Below are positions 26,608 through 32,000 of a stretch of DNA of 32,000 bases, one piece after another. Where the stretch lies: contig NC_003902.1 in NCBI RefSeq assembly GCF_000007145.1, forward strand, positions 4,496,497-4,528,496, written 5' to 3'. The notes under the pieces are model-generated. The model was not told where the DNA came from. It saw only the letters and a list, made by a program, of their open reading frames with translations, and searched no databases. Position numbers and translations under genes: made by a program. Position 1 is the first letter of the stretch; each line of letters opens with the position of its first letter. This DNA comes from Xanthomonas campestris pv. campestris str. ATCC 33913 (lineage in GTDB: Bacteria; Pseudomonadota; Gammaproteobacteria; Xanthomonadales; Xanthomonadaceae).

Positions 26608-26829
26608 CACGCGACATCCTTCCAGGTTTTGGCGGGCCGATCCTAGCAAGAATGCGCGGTAGACCCAGTAGATTTCGGAAGCCAGCCCACCGGATGTGGG
26701 CGGATTAAGTGCTTGGCTTCAACCCGGGCCTGCAGGAAGTCCGCGGGCCATCCTTTGCCATGTGGCCCGCGCGGGCATTCTGCCTTCGATCGCCGGCCGA
26801 TCCAGCGACTCGGAGCGAACCCGTGGGCG

Positions 26830-27630
26830 CTAGTTCGCCTCGGGCGCAGCTGCCGGAACGAGCGCCGTCGCCGGTACCGTCAACGGCCGCGTCAACGCAA
26901 ACAGGATGTGCAGATCTTCCGCATCCAGCACCTTGGCGTCATTGCCGCGGAAGTGGTGATGGAAGGCCTGCAGGGTAGCGGCGGGGTCGTCCAGGCTGTA
27001 GCCGAGCAGGGCCAGTGCCTGCCAGGGGTCGAAGCCGGCGGGCGCGGCGGGGCTGTCGGCGGCCGGCCAGCGGCCGAAGCCGGCATCGGCCAGGCGCTTC
27101 CACGGGAACAGGGGACCGGGGTCGTTCTTGCGTGTGGGCGCGACATCTTCATGCCCGACGATCTGGGTGCGCGGGATGCGCAGGCGCGTGCACAGGTCCT
27201 CCAGCAACACCAGCAGGCTGTCGATCTGCGCCGGGGCAAAGGACTCGTGGCCGTCATTGTCCAACTCGATGCCGATCGAGGCCGAGTTGATATCGGTAAT
27301 GGTGCCCCAGCGCCCGGCCCCGCCATGCCAGGCGCGTGCGCTGTCGGCGACCAGTTGATAGCGCCGGCCATCCTCGCCAATCAGGTAGTGCGCACTGACC
27401 CGGCCGCCGCTGTTGCGGCCGCGCAAGGTGGTCAGGCTCTGCTGCACGGAGTGCTGGTCGGTGAAATGCAGCACGATCAGGATCGGGCGCCGCGCATCCT
27501 GGTTTGGCGACGGCACCCACTGGGCCAGCGGGTTGCGCTGCGGCGCATGCGCGCACGCGCCCAGCAGCAGCACCGCCGCGCACAGCGCGGCACGTGACCA
27601 CAGGTGCAACGCACGAGGACGAGGGGGCAT
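26830..27630 (-). CDS. amiD: N-acetylmuramoyl-L-alanine amidase (amidase_2 family, AmiD/AmpD-like), exported, probable lipoprotein
   Basis: Within ORF 26830..28020. The ATG at 27630 is preceded by AAGGAGA. Signal MPPRPRALHLWSRAALCAAVLLLGAC. Amidase_2 motifs are IVLHFT, SAHYLIGEDG, RAWHGG, SIGIELDN and GHEDVAP.RK.DPGP.FPW. Confidence 0.85.
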   Translation of the reverse strand: MPPRPRALHLWSRAALCAAVLLLGACAHAPQRNPLAQWVPSPNQDARRPILIVLHFTDQHSVQQSLTTLRGRNSGGRVSAHYLIGEDGRRYQLVADSARAWHGGAGRWGTITDINSASIGIELDNDGHESFAPAQIDSLLVLLEDLCTRLRIPRTQIVGHEDVAPTRKNDPGPLFPWKRLADAGFGRWPAADSPAAPAGFDPWQALALLGYSLDDPAATLQAFHHHFRGNDAKVLDAEDLHILFALTRPLTVPATALVPAAAPEAN

Positions 27631-27783
27631 CCGGTTCTCCTTCAATGACAGCAAACGCAGGCAGGTGCGACGCGCGCCGGCCTGGGCACACGTGCGGGTG
27701 AGCGCCGCGCGGGCACAGCGCAACGCGACTAGACTAAACGCTTCGCAGCATGCCGGCCGCGGCCATCGTCGAGAACTCCTGCC

Positions 27784-29193
27784 ATGCCCGTGTCGCGCCC
27801 TCTGTGCTTGTGGTTGCTCTGTCTGGTCGTGATGCTCGCCAGCGGTGTGGCGTGCGCGGACAGCTCGCCTTCCCTGCAGGCACCGTTCGCCGTGGACGAC
27901 GCGCAGCTGCAGGCCGATTACTGGATCGCACGCAGCGACACGGCCAACGCGCCGCGCATGCCGGGCACGCAGATCGCCGCGTTCAATGCACGCCTGTTGC
28001 GTGACGATGCCTCCATGCACGGCCTGGCGCGCCTGCCCGCCACGCTGACGGCCGCGCAGGTGCGCGCATGGATCCAGACGCTGTCGTCAACGCCAAGGCG
28101 CACGCTCTACAGTACCGATGGCCAGACGCTGACTGCAGCGCAGCTGGATGCATTGCGGCAATCGCTGGCGCTGGGTGCGTTACCCGCACGAATCACGCCG
28201 GCCTATGCCCTGGTGGTGCAGCGCGCCGCCTTGCGCACCTTCCCGACCACGCAGCGGGTATTCACCACTCCAGACGACCGCGATATCGACCGGTTTCAGG
28301 AGTCGGCGCTCTACCCCGGCACGCCGGTCGCCGTGCTGCACACCAGTGCCGATGGTGTGTGGCGCTTTGTGCTGGCCGAAAACTACGCCGCCTGGGTCGC
28401 CAATGATCAGCTGGCGGTGGGCCCGCGCGCGCAGGTGCTCGACTACGCACAACGCGGCCCGCGCCTGGTGGTGACTGGCGCACGCGTGCAGAGCGCCTAC
28501 ACGCCGGAATTGCCGTCGGTCTCCGCACTGACCCTGGACATGGGCACCAACCTGCCGCTGCTGCCGCGCTGGCCGCCACAGACGCCGGTCAACGGGCAAT
28601 TGCCGCTCGCCGCGTACGTGGTGGAACTGCCACAGCGCGATGCGCGCGGTGCTCTGCAGCTGGTGCCGGCGCTGGTGCCGCGTGGTGCCGATGTGCACAT
28701 CGGTGCGTTGCCGCTCAGCGAGGCAGCACTGCTGCGCCAGGCGTTCAAGTTCCTGGGTGAGCGCTACGGCTGGGGCAACGATTATGCAGCACGCGATTGC
28801 AGCGGCTTCGTGCTGGATGTCTATCGCAGCCTCGGCATCGCGCTGCCACGCAATACCGGCGACCAGGCGCGCAGCCCGGTGCTGCACAGCGTGCCCTTCG
28901 ATCAACGCGCTCCCTTGCCACAACGGCAGCAACAGCTGGCGCGGCTACAGGTGGGCGACCTGATCTACATCCCCGGCCACGTAATGCTGGTGATCGGGCA
29001 TGTGCAGGGCGCGCCGTGGGTGATCCACGACGTGGCCGGTGCGGGCTACCGCGATGCCGCCGGCGCCCTGCAGCGCGCGCGCTTGAACGGTGTCTCGGTC
29101 ACGCCGCTGCTGCCGCTGCTCGCCGGCGACGGCACCCCCTTCATCGACCACATCACCCGCATCCAACGCGTCGCAGCCACGGCCTTGCCATGA
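27784..29193 (+). CDS. NlpC/P60 (C40) peptidase with N-terminal SH3b-like region; YkfC-like gamma-D-glutamyl-L-diamino acid endopeptidase
   Basis: 469 aa with a signal peptide. The catalytic region is FLGERYGWGNDYAARDCSGFVLDVYRSLGIALPRNTGDQ ... GDLIYIPGHVMLVIG. It is divergent from amiD, and its stop overlaps the epimerase start (ATGA at 29190-29193). Confidence 0.85.
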   Translation: MPVSRPLCLWLLCLVVMLASGVACADSSPSLQAPFAVDDAQLQADYWIARSDTANAPRMPGTQIAAFNARLLRDDASMHGLARLPATLTAAQVRAWIQTLSSTPRRTLYSTDGQTLTAAQLDALRQSLALGALPARITPAYALVVQRAALRTFPTTQRVFTTPDDRDIDRFQESALYPGTPVAVLHTSADGVWRFVLAENYAAWVANDQLAVGPRAQVLDYAQRGPRLVVTGARVQSAYTPELPSVSALTLDMGTNLPLLPRWPPQTPVNGQLPLAAYVVELPQRDARGALQLVPALVPRGADVHIGALPLSEAALLRQAFKFLGERYGWGNDYAARDCSGFVLDVYRSLGIALPRNTGDQARSPVLHSVPFDQRAPLPQRQQQLARLQVGDLIYIPGHVMLVIGHVQGAPWVIHDVAGAGYRDAAGALQRARLNGVSVTPLLPLLAGDGTPFIDHITRIQRVAATALP

Positions 29194-30284
29194 AAATCAC
29201 CGGTTTCCGCCTGGGCATGCTGCGCGTGCCGTTGAAAACCCCGTTCAAGACCGCGGTGCGCACGGTGCAGGCCATCGAGGACGTGGTGGTACTGCTCCAG
29301 ACCGACGGCGGCCACATCGGCTATGGCGCCGCGCCCGCCACCGCGCTGATCACCGGCGAGACGCATGCCAGCATCATCGCCGCCATCACGCACTGCATCG
29401 GCCCGCGCCTGGTCGGCCAGGACGTGGCCGATCTCAACCGCTTATGCGGGCTGGTGCAGCAGGCGCTGGAGCGCAACAGCAGTGCCAAGGCCGCGGTGGA
29501 AATCGCACTGTACGATCTGTGGGCGCAAGCGTTCGATGCGCCACTGTATCAGCTGCTGGGCGGCGGCACTCCGCGCATCACCACCGATATCACCATCAGC
29601 GCCAATCCCATCGAGGTGATGGTGGCCGATGTGCACGACGCGCTTGCGCGTGGCTACCGCGCGTTGAAGATCAAGGTCGGCAAGGACATCGACTCGGACC
29701 TGGCCCGCGTGCAGGCGATTCACGCTGCCGTGCAGGGCCGCGCGTCGCTGCGGCTGGATGCCAACCAGGGGTGGACGCCCAAACAGGCGGTGCGCACCAT
29801 GCGCACGCTGGAGCATGCAGGCATCGCTCCAGAGTTGCTGGAGCAGCCGGTCAAGGCTGCCGACCTCGATGGCCTGGCGTTCGTCACCGCCCATATCGAC
29901 ACCCCGGTAATGGCCGACGAAAGCGTGTTCGCGCCGGCGCAGGTGATCGACCTCATCCAGCACCGCGCAGCCGACATCGTCAACATCAAGTTGATGAAGA
30001 CCGGTGGGCTGTCGCAGGCCATCCGCATTGCCGATATCGCTGCGCTGTACGGCATGCCGTGCATGATCGGCTGCATGATCGAATCCAGCATCAGCGTGGC
30101 CGCCGCAGTGCATCTGGCGGTGGCCAAGGCCGACAGCATCACCCTGGCCGACCTGGACGCGCCGGCGCTGGGGCAGTTCGACCCCACCGAGGGCGGCGTG
30201 CATTTCAATGAGGCGCAGATTCATATCGACGACGCGCCCGGCCTGGGCATCCGGCGCATCCGCGGGCTGGAGCTGTTGCCCTGA
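29190..30284 (+). CDS. L-Ala-D/L-Glu (dipeptide) epimerase, enolase superfamily (YcjG/YkfB-like)
   Basis: Within ORF 28797..30284. The ATG at 29190 gives MKITGFRLGMLRVPLKTPFKTA. Motifs are AKAAVEIALYDL, ALKIKVG, LRLDANQGW, EQP, ADES and NIKLMK.GG. Confidence 0.88.
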   Translation: MKITGFRLGMLRVPLKTPFKTAVRTVQAIEDVVVLLQTDGGHIGYGAAPATALITGETHASIIAAITHCIGPRLVGQDVADLNRLCGLVQQALERNSSAKAAVEIALYDLWAQAFDAPLYQLLGGGTPRITTDITISANPIEVMVADVHDALARGYRALKIKVGKDIDSDLARVQAIHAAVQGRASLRLDANQGWTPKQAVRTMRTLEHAGIAPELLEQPVKAADLDGLAFVTAHIDTPVMADESVFAPAQVIDLIQHRAADIVNIKLMKTGGLSQAIRIADIAALYGMPCMIGCMIESSISVAAAVHLAVAKADSITLADLDAPALGQFDPTEGGVHFNEAQIHIDDAPGLGIRRIRGLELLP

Positions 30285-30447
30285 TCGGCGCACATGCCGT
30301 GCAGCGCTGCGTTGCATCCACCGATGCGCAGGCGCGCGCGTTGCTGGGTACAGTAGCGATCAGGCGTGCAGTGCCGAACGGCAATACGTTGCGCGCCGCC
30401 CCCTTTGCAGCGGTGTCTGCCGCTGGTCAGTGATCACTGGAGTCTGC

Positions 30448-31224
30448 ATGCGCATCGCTGTGTTGTTTCGATCCTTCGTGGTGCTGGCGGTCCTGCTGAG
30501 CAGCAGTTCGCCAAGCAGCGCCGCCCCGGTGCCGGCACTGGAGGCGGCACGCGCCCTGATCGTGGTGACCACTGCGGACTGGGACAGCACCCAGGCACGC
30601 CTGCAGGCCTTCCACCGCGTGGATGGCCACTGGCAACCGGCCGCACCGGCGTTTGCCGTTGCGCTGGGCCAGCATGGCAGCGCCTGGGGCGAGGGCCTGC
30701 ACCCGGCCCAGACCCAAGGCCCGCAAAAACGGGAAGGCGACGGCCGCAGCCCGGCCGGCATCTTCGCCATTGGCCCTGCGTTCGGCTATGCGCCGCAGAT
30801 CGACAGCGCCCTGCCGTACCAGCCGATGCAGGCCAGCCACTACTGCATGGATGTGCCCAGCTCGCCGCTGTACAACCGCATCGTCGATGCCGACCAGGTG
30901 GGCAAGGCCGCGGTGGCCGGCTCGACCGAACCGATGCGCCTGGATCTGCGCCACCCTGGTGATGCGCGCTACCAGGAAGGGTTTGTGATTGCGCACAACC
31001 CACAGGCGATTCCCGGCCGCGGCAGCTGCATCTTCGCGCATCTGTGGCGCAGCCCAGGCCATGCCACCGCCGGCTGCACCGCGATGGCCCCCGCCGACAT
31101 GCAACGCTTGCTCGCCTGGTTGAAGCCCGAGGACGCTCCGCTGTTCGTGCTATTGCCGCGTGCCGAGTACGCGCGCCTGCAACGCAGCTGGCAGTTGCCG
31201 GCACTGGCGCAGGCCACGCCATGA
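30448..31224 (+). CDS. Secreted L,D-transpeptidase-fold (YkuD-like) protein
   Basis: Within ORF 30208..31224. The ATG at 30448 gives the signal peptide MRIAVLFRSFVVLAVLLSSSSPSSAA. The catalytic-type motif GSCIFAHLW....ATAGCTAM has the His ... Gly-Cys of the YkuD fold. Its stop overlaps the next start (ATGA at 31221-31224). Confidence 0.75.
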   Translation: MRIAVLFRSFVVLAVLLSSSSPSSAAPVPALEAARALIVVTTADWDSTQARLQAFHRVDGHWQPAAPAFAVALGQHGSAWGEGLHPAQTQGPQKREGDGRSPAGIFAIGPAFGYAPQIDSALPYQPMQASHYCMDVPSSPLYNRIVDADQVGKAAVAGSTEPMRLDLRHPGDARYQEGFVIAHNPQAIPGRGSCIFAHLWRSPGHATAGCTAMAPADMQRLLAWLKPEDAPLFVLLPRAEYARLQRSWQLPALAQATP

Positions 31225-32000
31225 GCAGCCAGGGCAATGAATCTCCCGCGCTGGTGCGCGCGGTCAGCCGCTGGCAGATCGTGGGCTTGTCGATCAACGA
31301 TGTGATCGGCAGCGGCATTTACCTGCTGCCCGCGGCCACGGCCGCGCTGCTGGGGCCGATGAGCCTGTGGGCGGTGATGCTGGCCGGCCTGGCAGTGGCG
31401 TTGCTGGTGCTGTGCTACGCCCAGGCGGCCAGTTATTTCGATACGCCCGGCGGGAGCTATCTGTATACGCGCGAAGCCTTCGGCCCGTTCACCGGCTTCC
31501 AGATCGGCTGGATGATCTGGCTGACACGCATCAGTTCGGCTGCGGCACTGAGCAACGGGCTGGCCGATGCGGTGGCGCGCTTCTGGCCGGCCGCCGGCAG
31601 CGACGGCTGGGAACGTCTGCTGGTGGTGGTGGGCTCGCTGGGCTTGCTCACCGCCATCAACGTGATCGGGGTGAAGTCAGCCGCACGCACTGGCGTGGCG
31701 CTGGTGATCGGCAAGCTGGTGCCGTTGCTGTTGTTCGTGGCCATCGGCCTGTTTTACGTGGATTGGTCGTGGGCCTTTGCCGGCAGCACGCCGGACCTGC
31801 GCGACCTGGGTAACCTTGGCGAAGCCGCGTTGCTGTTGCTGTTTGCGTATGCCGGCTTCGAGAACATCCCTGCCGCTGCAGGCGAGTACCGCAACCCGCG
31901 CCGCGACGTGCCGTTCGCCTTGATCACCATGATCGTCACCGTGACCCTGATCTATGCCGCCGTGCAGGTGGTGGCGCAGGGCACCCTGCCCAATCTCGCG
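31221..32000 (+). CDS. APC-family amino acid permease (N-terminal 260 codons; continues past the window)
   Basis: Absent from the track because it is open-ended. My translation reads MSSQGNESPALVRAVSRWQIVGLSINDVIGSGIYLLPAATAALLGP..., FAYAGFENIPAAAGEYRNPRRDVPFALI, which are typical APC transporter motifs with multiple TM segments. Confidence 0.8.
   Translation, partial: MSSQGNESPALVRAVSRWQIVGLSINDVIGSGIYLLPAATAALLGPMSLWAVMLAGLAVALLVLCYAQAASYFDTPGGSYLYTREAFGPFTGFQIGWMIWLTRISSAAALSNGLADAVARFWPAAGSDGWERLLVVVGSLGLLTAINVIGVKSAARTGVALVIGKLVPLLLFVAIGLFYVDWSWAFAGSTPDLRDLGNLGEAALLLLFAYAGFENIPAAAGEYRNPRRDVPFALITMIVTVTLIYAAVQVVAQGTLPNLA

Noticed and set aside
26685-26770. Hairpins GCCCAC-CGGAT-GTGGGC (about 26685-26701) and GCGGGCCA-N12-TGGCCCGC (26743-26770) downstream of amiD
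   Set aside because: These are plausible structures, but they lack U-tracts and are short. The evidence is insufficient for a terminator or ncRNA call.
23338-26829. Search for mobility hallmarks at the edges of the lower-GC islet (integrase, transposase, tRNA, flanking direct repeats)
   Set aside because: I could recognise none by eye. The islet boundaries are therefore defined only by the composition shift and gene content, and I did not annotate a mobile element here.
28180-30317. Minus-strand ORFs 28180..28932 (250 aa) and 29442..30317 (291 aa)
   Set aside because: They are antisense shadows of the NlpC/P60 and epimerase genes, Arg/His/Gly/Ala-rich and without motifs.

Overview
High-GC (about 65-70%) gammaproteobacterial chromosome segment. 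Gene content and an XVIPCD-type effector point to Xanthomonadaceae (Xanthomonas, Stenotrophomonas or Lysobacter-like); this is an inference. Most of the window is ordinary core genome: a partial monomeric isocitrate dehydrogenase, a lipoprotein, a LysM protein, queF, a secreted M20 amidohydrolase, the mdtABC/muxABC-type RND efflux operon, an ECF42-type sigma locus (YciI/DGPF, a frameshifted VOC/PhnB-like gene, a Cys-rich ORF, sigma), a DUF1338/HglS-like enzyme, several small secreted proteins including two EF-hand proteins, and a murein-peptide recycling cluster (VanX-like D-Ala-D-Ala dipeptidase, AmiD-like amidase, NlpC/P60 endopeptidase, L-Ala-D/L-Glu epimerase, YkuD-like L,D-transpeptidase fold protein, APC permease). 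The standout is a lower-GC islet at about 23.3-25.7 kb, possibly extending to 26.7 kb, inserted inside that recycling cluster. It encodes a 453-aa signal-peptide-less protein with a lysozyme-like N-terminal domain, a peptidoglycan-binding domain and a C-terminal Gln-rich XVIPCD-like domain. That is the architecture of an antibacterial type IV secretion effector (X-Tfe). Directly upstream sits a lipoprotein with a DUF1311/LprI (lysozyme-inhibitor) domain, the likely immunity protein, and upstream of that a second lipoprotein of unknown function. Other items worth a look: a 140-bp MITE-like palindromic element flanked by TAA duplications that sits exactly on the mdtC stop codon; a structured repeat-containing mdtB-mdtC spacer; a 1-nt frameshift in the VOC gene; and a candidate ECF promoter upstream of the DGPF gene. 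I recognised no rRNA, tRNA, CRISPR array, integrase or transposase.
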